This document shows positions 17,860-32,600 of a stretch of DNA of 64,000 bases, piece by piece. The notes beneath the pieces were generated by a model, which had not been told where the DNA came from, did not search any database, and saw only the letters and a list, made by a program, of their open reading frames with translations. The DNA is from Nymphaea colorata. Its lineage: Eukaryota. The stretch lies in contig NC_045138.2 of assembly GCF_008831285.2 (NCBI RefSeq), positions 39,804,001 to 39,868,000 on the forward strand. Direction: 5' to 3'. Both the position numbers and the translations under genes were made by a program. Each line of letters starts with the position of its first letter. Position 1 is the first letter of the stretch.

Positions 17860-20800
17860 ATGGCGGTTTGTTTGGGGCCATTCATATGTAAGTCCCTCGC
17901 TCCTCTCCCCAGATCCACCCGCACCATGGCCTCTCTCCCCCTGCCGCTCCCTCGCCTCCTGCTCCTCACCAGCCTGCCTTGCTCGTCTTCTCAGGTGCGT
18001 CCCCGTTTTCTGCATCCAGTTTTTCTTTTTCTATTGGCGTTCAGCGGAAGACGGGAAAGAAGGAGCGGGTCACGTGGCCTGCAGACGAGCTCCCATGGAT
18101 CGTTAATGGTGCTTACTGTGTTGCATATAGTGATTTATGTTTGCTCTTTAGTGGTTCTTGATGGGTTATACCTGCACTCAATGTGGTTCGTAGTCATTGC
18201 GGGGAGTTAGGGTGGAATCGGTGTGGGGTTGGACGCATTTATTTTCTTCCGAGCGCATATGAAAGAGAGACTATAAGTTGTTATAAGTTGCGGAGCCAAG
18301 TTCAAGAATCTGCAAATACAAAAAAAATACATGGCACAATTAAAAAATTTTATTTTTTTCAACGTTTTTTTATTTTTTTTATTGGCTGGGGTGAAGCCAT
18401 TACCATGTTTACTTTTGCATACCAATAGTTGGGTTTTAATTCTTACTCCTTCCAAGGTAGGATGACATAGCTCTTTCCAAACAATAAGGTGTTTTCATGA
18501 CTAGATTCGCTTCCACCCCATTGCATGGATGTTTGGCGGTTATTGTTTAAGAGTGCGTCGCAGGTCGTGTATACTGTTTCTGATGGTTACTGGACGATTA
18601 TATTGGAGCGCAATATATTCCACTGTTGTCACATAATTTTAATAAACAAATTGGCCCATGGTTACTTTTTTTTTTTGGGAGCCATTGCATCTCATCTGTT
18701 GTTACACTGTCTTCCGGTGGTTCTTGTTCGATTGTGTTGGTGCTCAATATAATCAATTATCCCTGGGTGAAAGTCGCAAACGCTGTACGAGTTAGTCTCC
18801 TAGATCCTTAGTTGCTTTCTTGGTCGAGAATGCGTCAATGTTGCGTATATTTTTTTTGTGATAGTTCTTAACGACTATATTGTGAACTGAATATCCTCCA
18901 TACTCATCAAAAGAATTAAGGTTACTGTTTGAATCGAGTTTTTTTTTTTCTTTCTTTTTTCCCCTTCAATTCCAGTTTGATAAGCATACGTATGCCCGTT
19001 GCCCTCCTTAATGAATTCATTACCATTGAGATTCTGTGACGCACATTTCCATCACAGAGAGCGATGTGTCGATTTTAAAGTTTTTAATTTTCTTTTAGAA
19101 ATTTGATGGGTCTCTGTTAGTTCTTGATCAATCAAATTTTGCGGCAATGAATAACATACACTTCATGCATTCACCTGTTATTGGCATTGGATTTGTTGTG
19201 GAGTTAAACGTTCTTGAATTCTTGGATAGCTTTAACTTTGAAGGTGTCTTCTAAACATTTACCTGCACTCTCCCTTAAGTTCATGAGTAGGACCACTTCC
19301 CCTCACAACATCTACCCTCTATTGTCTTACCCTGTCACACCTTCACGTCCTGATCCTTGCTGGTTTACTTCCTCATAACCTCTGGTTGGTTGCACTTATG
19401 TTGCGTGTTTTCTGTGTCCCTGTTTTCCCAGTGCCTATCGAGAGAGGTAGAGTGGGGTTGGAGAAGGGGACAATGCTGTAGTTTTAGTTATATCTGTATC
19501 CTTTTTATTTAAATCTCTAGTGCTTCGTGATTTATTAAATTGCTTGAGCACTAAACTAATGTACCATGGGACAGCAGCAGGTTGGATCATTGTTGACGTT
19601 TGATATATTTGTTGCATTTTTTATTGCATCTGAATTATTTAATTGAATTGCTTTAACACGTTGGTTAATTGCTTGATTAAAATGGCATGCTTATGGTCAT
19701 CTGACCAAATTGTATTGGCCTCAATTCATCTTGAAGAAGGTTTGAATATGTTTTTGGAACCTCTGTCAACATTAGCACGTTCATTAAAAATCTGCTCTTC
19801 ATTGTGCAGAACAATGTCCTTGAAATTACAACATGCTTGTTGTCCAAATGAACTTTTTACTGACACCTAATTTAATCACAGGTGGCACTGCATTCAATGG
19901 TGTCGTGGAAGAGCTGAAAAGGCTGACAATTAGAGTTGCACATGTTCTTCCCGTTTCTGATGATGGTGGAAGTACGGCAGAGATTGTTCGTGTGCTTGGT
20001 TAGTGGAAATCCCTCAAATTTCTATACGTATTAATTTTCATTCTAAAAAATTAGGTTTTCTCAATGCATTTCTCGCTGTAGAATATCTTATTTGGTATGT
20101 TATCTGAGATCATTTGATGTAAAATAAGATAGGTGGTCCTGCTGTTGGGGACATACGCTCCAGATGCTTGAGATTGTCCGATGAAAGCACATGTGAGGCT
20201 GTTGCTGTGAAAAGATTGCTCGGACACCGATTACCTCTTGATTCTCTGCAAGCAAAATTGGAATGGTTGTCCTTAACTAAAAGATCTCATTATTTTCTTT
20301 CCAAACTTAATGGTGCAATATGTTGCTTAGTTCATGGTGGCAAAGATAATTTTTTAAGTACAGTCGTTTTTGTATTTACATGTTTGCTTATGTTTGCGTT
20401 ACATAATAGACTGTTTGATGGTTATTTGATCTTTTATTTATATTCTTGCTCATAATATTGCAATATTTACTGATATTATTGGCTGCTTTCAAAATGGTAA
20501 TAATAATGGGATCGCATGAAAATGTCAGTGATATTTTGTGACTGGTTTATAGTTAGATTGTGGGCTTAATATTTTATATAACGATTGCGTTGCTTTGTGT
20601 TTGTTGTCAGTCATTGTTTTACCTAGTCGGTTATGTTCTTTTGGCATGAATTTTGGACCTTTCAATTTTGCTTTTTGGAACCATTCAACTTTTGTCTGTT
20701 AGATTCCTTGGGTTGCTACAAGGATGCTTTGAGTGGGAAATCCACGTTGTCAGAATTTTTCTTTTAACTGCTACTTGAAGAAGCCTTGATTGTTGTTGCT

Positions 20801-21747
20801 CATGTAGTTGCCTTATTGACCCTGCATCACATGTGGATCCTTTCTCTTTTCCTGTTGTCTTCATGTGTGGTGGTTTAGCAGCTTTATCTGTGCTTGCTTG
20901 TCACATGCATTTTCAGTGTGAAGGCTGTTCTGGATTCAGCTTATTGTCAGCTTTGCAGATGATTGTGGCAGCCATCACTTCTTTTTCTTTTGTGATACTG
21001 TCAACTGTAATCTGATGGGGGAAGACAGATCTCAAGAGTCATTCCCTGGGCACAAAAGGACCAACAGTTGTTTTTAGTTGGCCACATATACATGCAAGAA
21101 ATGGTTACATCATTTACCTTAAAAAATGGTCCTGTTTGTTCTTTCAAAGAAGTTTTGTTTAGATATGTGAAATTCTGATTTTTTGCCAAATTCTTAAAGA
21201 GGGATAGTTGGACTAACGTATTACTTCTTGATAAACACAAATCTTCTTCCTTTTTTTTTCAAATAAAAGCAAGTAATAGTTATATGTATCCTTTGTATGG
21301 TAAATGGATCAAATCAAAATGGGTCTTAATTGTCTTTTAACCAATCAAAATAATGATATTTGGTTACACTTTTTATCCTGCTAAATATGGATCATGTAAT
21401 GCACTGTAAACGTCCTTTTATGTTGGATTTCCAATTTTCCACTTATCTTGAAAATGGTTCCAGGTACGAAATTGTTGAAGGGGATCATTTATTATGGACA
21501 GGGGTATCGAAACCTTACAGGGAAACAATACGTGCATTTCTTGTTTATTTTCAGAACCAGGTAAAGATCCATCTTGTTATCTTTTTGGAAGGAATTCGTG
21601 GTTGATTCTGTTTTCTGATGCTCCTTTGTGCTAGTTGCCAGCTCAAGTGTAAATGAAAAGGTGAATGAGAATAATATGTGTATTGCACTATTGCTTAATA
21701 TTCATTCAGTTACAAGAATTCTGATATACAACTTTATTCTATGTTAA

Positions 21748-21786
<39 letters not shown>

Positions 21787-24700
21787 TTGTCAAGCAAATG
21801 ATATGGGGTTTTCTTTTCTAGTTTATTGAGCAAAATCCAAAGGATCTTGATAATAGTAATTGAAATTGGAAAAGTGAATTCTTAATGCTTAATATGTTGG
21901 TCATCTCGATGTTCCACTTCGTATCCTTTTGCTCACCCTGCATTAGTAGTCGTTTGGATCATGCCCTAGTTGATTAGACCATTAGATCTTGCATGAAACT
22001 GAAAGTCATCTGAAAGCAGGCTATGTTGGTCATACCACCTTCTAGTGATGGATGCAATTGATGCAGATTTCATATGAACAAAAGTGTAAATATGTAAATA
22101 AAAATTTTAATATAAATGTCAAGTTCTATTTGCAGGTAAGTTTTCTTTTGTGCCCGAAGACTATGAGCCTTATGGTGTATATTTTTTTTGTTGTACAGAT
22201 CCTTCAAAGGTCAAGTGAAGCATTTTGTTTCAAAAATGGAAGGTGCTTTATCATACAAGATCTACTTGCTTAAAAGTTTGTCATGTAATTTATGTGCTCT
22301 CTTTGATCTAATGTTGTTATTTGGTCTTATGAGTTATGAACTGTCTTTATTGCTGCGTATTTAGAACTTTTGAGTCATTTCTGATTTATTGTTTATTTTG
22401 TGCATTGATAATAGATAGAAATTTCATATTTATTGATTGCGTTTAATTGTGTCATTACATAATATCATGTAATGAGACAAGACAAAGCTGAAATTGATTG
22501 TTATATGTCTTCCAGCCAAATCAGTTGTACTGCTCTTTCTTATTTCAAGAATGACCACATTTTTGAGATGGTTTTAGAATGAACTGTGCTAGGTATGGAA
22601 GAAATAATTTAATCTTCTCTTTACTGTCATTTTTTTCATGATTTTGATATTGTTCAATTGTTTTCATTTAATCATCTTCATCAAAATTTATTAGAATATA
22701 TATGTAAATGTATTATATGTTGGTTGATACATATTTTATATACTATATACATATTCAATATGTGCAAATGCATTTCAGTGAGCATGTATACACGCGTATG
22801 TATTTGTGAATAAATATATAATGTATGATCGATTATTTTATAAAGTTTTTTTTTGTTATTTTATGTAATATTTCTATCTTCTATTTTTTATTTTCTGTAT
22901 TTTATATTTTTTTTTGCTGCCACTATTCAAAAAAAAAAAAAAAACTAGCCATTAGCTAGCTCCAGCGGCTAGCTTTCTAGCTGTTGGAGCTAGCACAATA
23001 GCTAGCCCGTTGGCTGTCTCCTCTAAAAGAGGGCAGCTCCTTCTTTCTTATCCCTTTTGGGATTTAATCTTTCTAGGTCTTTCTTGCACTCAGATTTATT
23101 ATTCAATAAAGTTCTCCTGTTGTGTGCCTTGGCACACACCAAGTGTTCATGTTTAGTTTTCATTGTGCTTTGCAATTTGGCACAATATTTCTGGTAATAT
23201 TTACAAAATCATTTGGTTCTTCTATATATAGTTATTCATTCTTTTATCATCTCGTAATCATATCGTAGTTCTATTAGTCCTTTCATCTTTCGTTTATTCT
23301 AATAATCCTTTCTCTAAACTATTTTCTTCTCCTATTCTCTTGATTCTTTTCTTACCTCTTATTGCTTGTTTCGTTAATAGTTTCCTATAAGTCCAAAGGT
23401 TGTTCCTCATAGATCTGACTGTATTCTTTGCTTGATGCATTTATTCGCAGCTTTTTGTCTTAAAAGAAGGTCCATCTCTTTGACTCTGATTCTTGGCTAC
23501 CTGAATCTGAAAACCCAATTATATGCCGATTGCCGACTTTATTAGAGCATAGTCTATGCTGACTTTATTAAAACCCATTTTATATGCATTTTTCTGTTTG
23601 TTGCAACACAGTGGTCTATGTTCATTGAGTCTCTCAAATGCTGACTTTATTAGAGGCATAGTCTATGGCTCTATGCTAATGTCTGACCTCGATGCGATTA
23701 ATAAATTTCCTGCCCAACTTGTAGAATATGAGTGACACTAGTCTCATGAGAATATGCATCATGAAGGGTATCCTATATTTTTCTTGCAGTAGTATAATAT
23801 ATGAGCCCTTTAACAATGTGGGGCTGTATACTAGTCATTATCCAAGACATGACAGTATCGTTGTCCTCTTCCCAAATGACATGTTTTCCTGTCTTTTGAA
23901 TGGCCTCCACTTCCAACAAAATATGTTTTTTCTAATGTCCAGGCATAGGCATCATGAATATGTATGACCACATTGCATAATTTGTATCATCTAGTTTCAT
24001 AGAAGACCCATACGAAAATTGTTTGGTGAAAACTTTATATTTGCCCAAGACTTCCATCTTTTGTTCACTGGATTGAATTTGAGAATCTGCCATGTTTCTC
24101 CTGCATTGAATATATGGTCTCAAAACAGGGCATTACACAACCAAATCAAATTAAATTTTCTGCCACTAGAGAGGAGACAACTCTAATTTTAACCTCTATG
24201 AGAGTATGCTGCACATCAATAATATACTGCAAACAGGACAACATGCCAATACCCCTTATATGATACCTTTTCACAATTTTGAATTAATCATTAGATCTGA
24301 TTAAAAGGTCACAATCAGTTTCACTGAAACAAAGAGTTAAATCTTTTAACACCAGAAAGCTTTAGCAACAAATCAAATTGCATTTCAGTCGTTATCAGGC
24401 AACATCAGATCTGATTCCGCACCAAAAAAAATCACAAGATCCAATTTTCCTCATATATCAAATCTGATCTGATTCCTTAACAGAATCTGATTTTCACGGC
24501 AAAAGGAACCTCAGTACACAGTATCATTGTTTATATGTATCCAACTACCTCGATCAGATTCTGCATCCCAAAGAAAGATTTTCCATTTAGACTTCCATGA
24601 TCACAACAGATATTTCAGGCAGACCTCCATGACCACAGCAGAAAATCACATTTCATATCAAAAAAAATTTCTTCCAATGAGGCGCCCACAGCCACAGTGA

Positions 24701-25244
24701 AGGACAATTCAAACATAACTTTCGCCTCACCAGCAGGATATACCATCCTGGATCTTTTGGTTTACATCGACCAGATTGGAAGCACACCTCTCAGGTTTTA
24801 TTTAGACTATTCATAGTTACAGCAAGAGATCTGTTTGTGAAACTGAAGCATAAACCGAACGCCCTTGGTCAAGTTTATTGAATATCTGAATTTGATCAAA
24901 TTCCTGCGGGAGATCGATCTTCAACATCGACAATGATGGTTCTTCCAGCAGAAGACAGTGTCCCTTCGTTCAAATCTAGTTTATGTGTGTAGGTTCATCA
25001 CCTGCTTTGATACCATGTTGAAGTCCATGAAAAGGAAGAGATAAGAAGGTAGAGGGAGAAGGAGAAAGAGATGGGAGAATGAAAAAAGAGAGGGAGAAAG
25101 ATTCTATTTTGTCGCATTAAATATAATCCCAACTCAAAAGGGATAGGTAATAAATTACAAATAGGTCCACCATAATTAAAAAAAATAAAAAGAAACTTGA
25201 AAAGATAATCAGAGATTCAGAATTACAAATAGCCCCCCTCATAC

Positions 25245-25333
<89 letters not shown>

Positions 25334-28300
25334 CAAATTATTGGTCCTCAGTACTAGCAAATGACAGATACTACCTAAATAATGACATAACCTCAGGGAA
25401 AATAAAATATGAAGATGCTGTCATGAAAGACCAAATGACAATTCCTTACTAGCTAAAGTCAAAAGGCAATCAACAACATTGAACAATTGAGTAGTATGCA
25501 CATATTAGGCACATAATTAACCAACGGATGGTTAACATCAAATTATTTAGCACCAAAGGATGGAGTTCCAGCGCCATAGTGTATTGAATAGTCTTAACAT
25601 GATCAGTCCCCTTTTTACAAGAGAAGGAGAGATCAGCATTGTTGAAGTAATCATGATCATTAAAAAAGTCAATAGTAAGGTTATCCTTTTCTCTTCTAGT
25701 TTTAGGGAAAAAACGTTCTTCTGGTTTTATATTGATGGCAAGATATGCTAATTGTTTTTTTTTTTCTTGAGGACACAATAGGTCTATTTGTGTACTATAG
25801 AGAAGCTTCCTGAATTTGATTTTGTAATTTCATGTGATTTTTTGTTCTATATTTGCTGGTTACTAAAGTAGGAATTTTTTTGTAGTATCGGGAATTTTTT
25901 CTTTGCTGGAGCACGGATATTCTTTCAATCCTTAGATGCGGCAATATTTTTATTTTCTCGTGTCTCACATATTCCCACAGAAAGCCTTGTTCTTCCGGTA
26001 ATAACCACCAATGATCGACTTACCTTGGGCTGTGAATTGTGGGTATGTGATCTCTTACTCTTTTCTTGGACAAGATTATGAAAGAAAACCCTCTGTGGAG
26101 ATTATTATAATACGTTACTGGAACAATTCTTTTATTTCTAGTGTCTGTTCTTGTTTTTAGGAGTTAAAAAGACCTGACTGATTTGATTTTTTTTTCCCCT
26201 TTCAAAGGATGGAACTGTAATAAGAGGCCAAAATGAGATCTCTCATCCAGCAAACAGTCAAATTGATACTGTAATTAAGGTCTTCTTTTGTTTTCCATCT
26301 CGTTCTTCTCCCCTTTTGTTTGATGCCTAAAGATGTTAGTTTTATTGAAATGTCTAGCAAAAACCTCCATTATTGAGTGCATTCATTGATGATTGTTTGT
26401 GTCAAATATGGACTAATGGTAAAGATCATGATTTGCAGTTGGAATAGCTCTACTGCTTTACATGCCGTTTGATATTTTAAGGCATAGCCACACTGTTCCA
26501 CCATTAATATCTTTTAGTTTTTTTCTTGACAAAAATGGCCTAAGTTCTAACAGATTTGAATTGCCTGCTTTGGCATATTTTATAACTCTGAACAGCTGAA
26601 CTCTCATACATATGTCAATGGATATTGTTTAGTTTGAAGAATGATGTAGTAACAAAATGTAAAGGCATGGATACAACTAGAAAGTCCTGTACTTGTGTGT
26701 GTGTGTGCCTATTGTGGATACATGTCCTTGTGCCGTGCATTTCTGACGTGGGAGCCATGGGTTTGGGTGGACTGGGGTGTGTGTTTTTGTGTGCAAATGT
26801 GTGTGGATTTCTAACAAATGGATAATGGAACTGAGTGCAAGATGTTCCTTAGTCCTTGGTCTCTGTGTTTGCTTTTCCACATATTGATAAATAAAACGAA
26901 TTGCTAGTTAAAATTTTTATTTGTTTATGCAGTCTATCACCAAATAACCTGTTTGTCTATGGGTAAGACTTCAGAATCTATTGTCTTCCTTAAGCATAAA
27001 TTAGCTTATGCAGTTGTCGTTGTCCAATCTTGCAAAAGAGATTCAAAAGCTTAACTTAATCTATGTTTGTTGTTGTTTCTTCAGCTTACATCCAAGCAGC
27101 GTCATACATCGCGAGATTTTTGAAAATCTCATGATATTTTATGAGAAAATCAAATAAAACCAAAAAATTGGAAAAATATCGTGAGAGTTTGAAGATCTCA
27201 CCAAAAATGAAAATCTCGCTATTTTTTTGAGATTTTCCTGATATTTTAATATTTTTATCTTTTTGCAATTTATTTTTTTTATGGTTTTTTATTTAATTTT
27301 TACAAATTGCCAAATTTTCTCAAGGAGAACAACTTTGCAGAAAAATGCTCAAGAAAAACCTCACCAAGTTTTTCCTGAGAATGACATTTGTGACAATGCA
27401 TCCATGCTATGTAATTTACTCATAACTTGATCGATCGATGCAATTAAGCTAATGAAGGAGGCAGGAGTAGTTTCTGTTAGATTTTCTGTTTTTTGTGTGT
27501 TGTGAACCTTAGAAAATAATTTTTGAACATGTCCATAGAGGCTTTGTCACTTTGTCAGATGGGTGTGGGTACAAGTGCTGGTATTGGTGTTGGTAGGGGT
27601 AAGAGTCTGGAGCAATTTTAGAAAACTTGGGTACTAGGACATGGCTGTATACACACACAGACATACATGTGAAATTTATAAAAGATAACACAGATATACT
27701 AGACAACGTTGGATATTTTATGAACACTCAGCAAATCTGGTAGCATAAATCTGACAGATCTGATACATACACAAGAAAAATTAAATAATTCACTGAACAT
27801 ACAAATTTGTCACAAATCTGAACAGGCAATTGAAGAAAGGATACAAGACTGAAAAAGCTTACTGGAGAAGAGTGTCTTCACTCCAGGAACTTGGCACCTT
27901 GCTGGAGAAGGTTTCTGGCAATCAAAGATAGCTTGGACCATGTTCTTGCAGGTAGCACACAGTACCAAAACAGCCTCAACTTTGGTCAAAGGCTGTTTAC
28001 TGTGTATATATACAGTGAACTAAAAAAGACCTTAAATTTTGGATGATTTTGGACTTGATCAAAATTGACCAAGTCCAAAATTTGACTGACTTGGCCTTGT
28101 TTTTTGTTTACACACCCAACATGGTCAAAGCCACACCCAAGGCATGTCCAAACCCACACCCATACTTGTGTCATGTCGTGTAGGCACAGGTACCCTGCCC
28201 TTTTGCAATTGTCCTTGTTACATAGGGTTGCCAACTTGCCATGATATATAGAGTAATAGAACTATAGAAGAACTTGAAAAAAGGTTCACTCATGAAGACT

Positions 28301-29628
28301 TGGAGTACTGTCTATTTTAAGTGTGTAAACATGAATACCTTAGTGCTTTTGATGTAATAACAGTAGGATGAAGAGTTTATATAAATGTTTGATTACTCCA
28401 GGCCTTTTATGTCCCTTTCAGTTTTTTTTTTTTTGGTTATAAATATCAACATTAAAAACATGGTTGCTGCCTTCTACGTATTTTTGATATGTTTACATTA
28501 AATACTGTGGCTGCTTTTGTTATTTCTGTTATTGCATTTAAATTTCTTTCCTAGCCACCTGCCTGGCAGGCTAGCACCTTGATTATAGTCTATTACTCTT
28601 ATATTTCGATTAGTTGACATCATGGCTATGTTTTCTAATCGTTCTTCCACATTACATGCAGTATTAGATCTCCTTCATACATTTATGCTAAAATAACAAC
28701 CTGGTTCACACAGATAGCATAATGGGTTACTTATGAGCATTGTTGGAAAAGAAATAAAAGGTTTTTACTATTGCATAGACAATGAAGAATTTTGAGCACA
28801 AATTCTTCTTTAGTTCGTTCCTTGTTTTGTTTGATATATCTGAGGTGCATTATCTAGTTCCTTGCATGGCCTTCCCATGTTTGTGAATGATTATCTTCTT
28901 TCTTGATAGCTGTACTACACTTGCAGAACTAGTGGAGAACGGCATGCTATAAACATTTTTTCTGCAAACACTATTAGTATATTCTGAGTTCCTTTCTTGA
29001 ATTTTTAGCATTCCAAAAGTTCTTTCTGTATTTCAAACTAACAAGATTAGGTATACATTTTTTTTCTCCAGTGTGGCTCATTAATCCCATCACTTCCATC
29101 AAGAATAAAACGGGTGTTCTACTTATCAAGTGAGGGAAATAATCTATTACATGAAGTAAGTTGAAGTTATTTTTAATCTAGTTCTTGCTATTATTGTTAT
29201 TTCTTTTCTTGCGCTGGTTCCTTTCGATGGAATGGAAAACAACAGAACTGTATGGCGAAAAGCATCGAGTTATTTCTTTATCATGTTTATACTTATTTAT
29301 CCTGGATATATATTTTCTCACATGGACGTGCTATTTCTGGCCAAGGGTTCTATTCCAGGTTTATATTTCTGAAAGATTTGCTGGTGTTCTTTCATTATTA
29401 TTGAGTCATTAACTGAATAGATTAGGCTGTTTATTCCTACACCTAGAGAATGTCTGTTTTGAAACAGAAAGTTAGGACGTCATGGTTTTTCCTTATTCAA
29501 CACGGGAAAGTGGATTGTCTTGTATGGTAGTTAATTGTTCTTGGTCCATTCTTGAATTCTTTACCTTTTCACATGATAGGTTGGAAACTCTTGTAGTCTT
29601 GTTTTTGTGTCTATGTATTTTGCCATTA

Positions 29629-29661
<33 letters not shown>

Positions 29662-32600
29662 GAATAGGATTCTCTCTCTCTCTCTCCCCCCTGATTTTTC
29701 ATGACCTACCTGGAAAATGTGTACTTTATTCCCCTCAGATCTTGTTTTCTTAATATTTTCCATCTTATGGACTCATGAATGAACTTTAAGACTCGGGAAC
29801 AATATTTCAGTTTGTTGGGGGTATTTTATCATCAATTAACATATCTAGTTTGCCATGACTTACCTGCATTTATTATACTTTGATTCTCTCTGATCTTGTT
29901 TTTCTTAATATTTTCCACCTTGCTGACACAGTGCAGGATGGGACTACTTAGGTATTTTTGAATTGATCTATGTAAAGTTTTTCTAAAATACTGGGATGGT
30001 ATTTCAGTTGCTTGCTAACTTTTCGTTAATGAATTGCTTGTCAAGCCATAAAAAAAATTCAGTTACTTTTTTATTTATTGACAACGACCTGTTAAAATTA
30101 TGCCTTAAGAGTTTACCCTAGAAGTGCTTGCTGACATGTCATCCATTTGATTCTGTATTGGAAACTAGATGAAATTGCATGGGCTCAGTATGTTTTTAAT
30201 AAAAATGCCAAGGAGCTTTCTGTTTGAAGAAATTACCTTTTGCAACTGTACTATCTAAGAGCATATATTGTTGTGTGGCTGTGTGCAAAGCTCTACGGTT
30301 TATTTGCCAGCAAATGTTATACTAAAAGTTTTTTCACCTAAACTGCATTTAAAAAGCTGGATCAGTCGATCTTGACTGGGATTGCACTAAAATAAACCAA
30401 TAGAAGTTTTCACCCTCAAATTCCCTTGCTTACAAGGGCCATGCATGGGCAGACAGTTTGAGCCTGACTTGGCCTGTTGTCAGTCAGAGAAGCTTGATTA
30501 ACGTGTGTCCAATGAACATGCTGGTCATTCAATTAGGTTGTCGTAGACTGTTCAGCCTGTCTAGCGATTTTGCAGATTATTGAACCAGCACAACCTTTAG
30601 GTGGGATGGGTCAATCAGACCATGGATCAGCTGAAATATGGGTTGACCAGTTTGTTGCCCACCCTGGTTTATATGAACCTCTAAGCATCTGACCTTGAGA
30701 TTTTGCAAAAATAAGGGCATGAGTTATTGACACTGTTAGGTTCTGTAAGGATCAACAAACACTGGTGGAGGCTGTGACCTGCTTTTCAAATTACTACCCT
30801 TGCCAGTGAATTGCAAAGTTATGATAAATGAACTGTTCTCTTGAGTGCCTCTGCAAATGGTCATGGATGATGATAGCTTTCATGGTTCAATCACATTTGG
30901 GAACCTATGTTATTTTAGTAAAAAGATTTTACTGGATTTACCCTTTCTAGGATGTACTGTTGGAGTTTGATTAAGCTGTTTGGTTATTCTTAGTTCTTAC
31001 TGCCTTTTATCATTTCATGTCAGATACCTACAAGTTGCATGAAAAGTTACTCTTAAGCATGTTTTTCTTGTTGTGAAGGTATTTCCCAATGTCAACCCTA
31101 TGGTTCTGGAGCAGTTAAGAAAAGTGGACTGTATAATTTATGCTATGGGCTCTTTATTTACATCAGTTTGCCCATCATTGGTAATTCCAGACCCGCTGTT
31201 GTGTTATGGTTCTTATTATCATGATGATGTGAATTTAGTTTGCTGGTGTTCTTGTATTTTCTTTCACTTCCTATATTTGATTGAGATGTCAATTTTTAAA
31301 TTTGTTACTTCATATTTTAAAATATTCTTAAATTCAATTAAGGCTCGTTTAATAGCAAGCATTAAGATTGGAAATGAATCTAGCTGCATGTGTTTTTTGC
31401 TAAGTTTGGCTTGTCTCAATAGGCTTTTAACGTTTTTCCTGCAAAGCTAGAAACAATAAACTTAGGCTTCCAATAATAAAAAAGAAGAACAAAATATATA
31501 AGCAAAATAAAAAATATTCTTTAAGAAACTTGCAAAAATATTGTGATATTACCATAATGATCCTATTCATTTCTTGATACATATTGTGTATGCGTTAAGT
31601 TATATTTCAGTTATTTTAATAAGTTGCTGATTTAGTGGAGGACGAGTGCAAGGGGAAGATTAAGTTACTACACAGCCAATGGAATTGGGAAAGTCTATTT
31701 TTTTTGGAGTTATTGGCGTCTTTGGTTGAGATTATTTGTAACATTAAGGGCGAAGTAAGTTTAGGTGTGAATAGAACTGATAATCTTTTTAAGTGTCAGG
31801 ATTTAGTGGACAAGCATATAAGGAGGATAGTTTATTAGTTTTGATAGGATTTCTCCAAAAAAACAGATTAGTCCAAGCTATTTATTTTCTTAGAAGCCTT
31901 GTGCCAGTAATGTGATGTTTGTATACAAATTTGCAAGTTTATGTATTTTGGAGATATTTAGCTTTTGTATAGATTTGATTTTTTAAGTGCAATCTTGGAT
32001 ACCATTCTTATTGTGCGATTACATTTTGTGCAATTTTGCATATGTATGATTGAACGTTTCACTTATGGCCTTTTTTTGATGGATTTCAGATGTCCCTCTT
32101 GTAGGTATTGCACGGGGTTGGGGAGATAATTTCTTCCAGATCATGTCTGAAGGTCAAGCCCTTTTTATAAACCTGATACTCTTTTGTGAAGTCTCTTGAA
32201 CTGCCTAACTGGTGCTGAATTGGATTTTCTTTTGTTCACGTTTCATAGTCTACTGCTAGCATGGGTTTTCTTGAACCTTTTTGCCTCCCATTAAAATATT
32301 CTTCAATACAGTGATTTTTGGCTATTCTTCCCGCAATGGCCTCTCTTCTGCTGACAAAATTCATCTGCATGATTTCTTTCACGTGTAGGTGCTTATGCTG
32401 AATGGTTCTCATGATAGAGAAACTGCTGGGTTATCTGCTTCCGGATTTGTGACAGCGATCACTGATGCTTTAAACCATACACACGGGAATCCTCTTAAGC
32501 ATCTCAATAATCTTGTATGTTAGGTCATGCTTAAGTGCAATACCGTTATGCTCATACTGCCTTTCATGCTTTTATTTCCATTATATCTGACAATTCTTAT

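Noticed and set aside
17888..17972. Small intron (GTAAGT at 17888 to AG at 17912 or 17972) rescuing the exon-1 frameshift
   Set aside because: Neither acceptor restores the LLVFSG frame, and the first intron would be only 25 nt.
29700..30020. Diverged ~155-bp duplication in intron 8, and short tandem duplications at 1819-1852 and about 34934-34963
   Set aside because: Ordinary local duplications with no sign of function.
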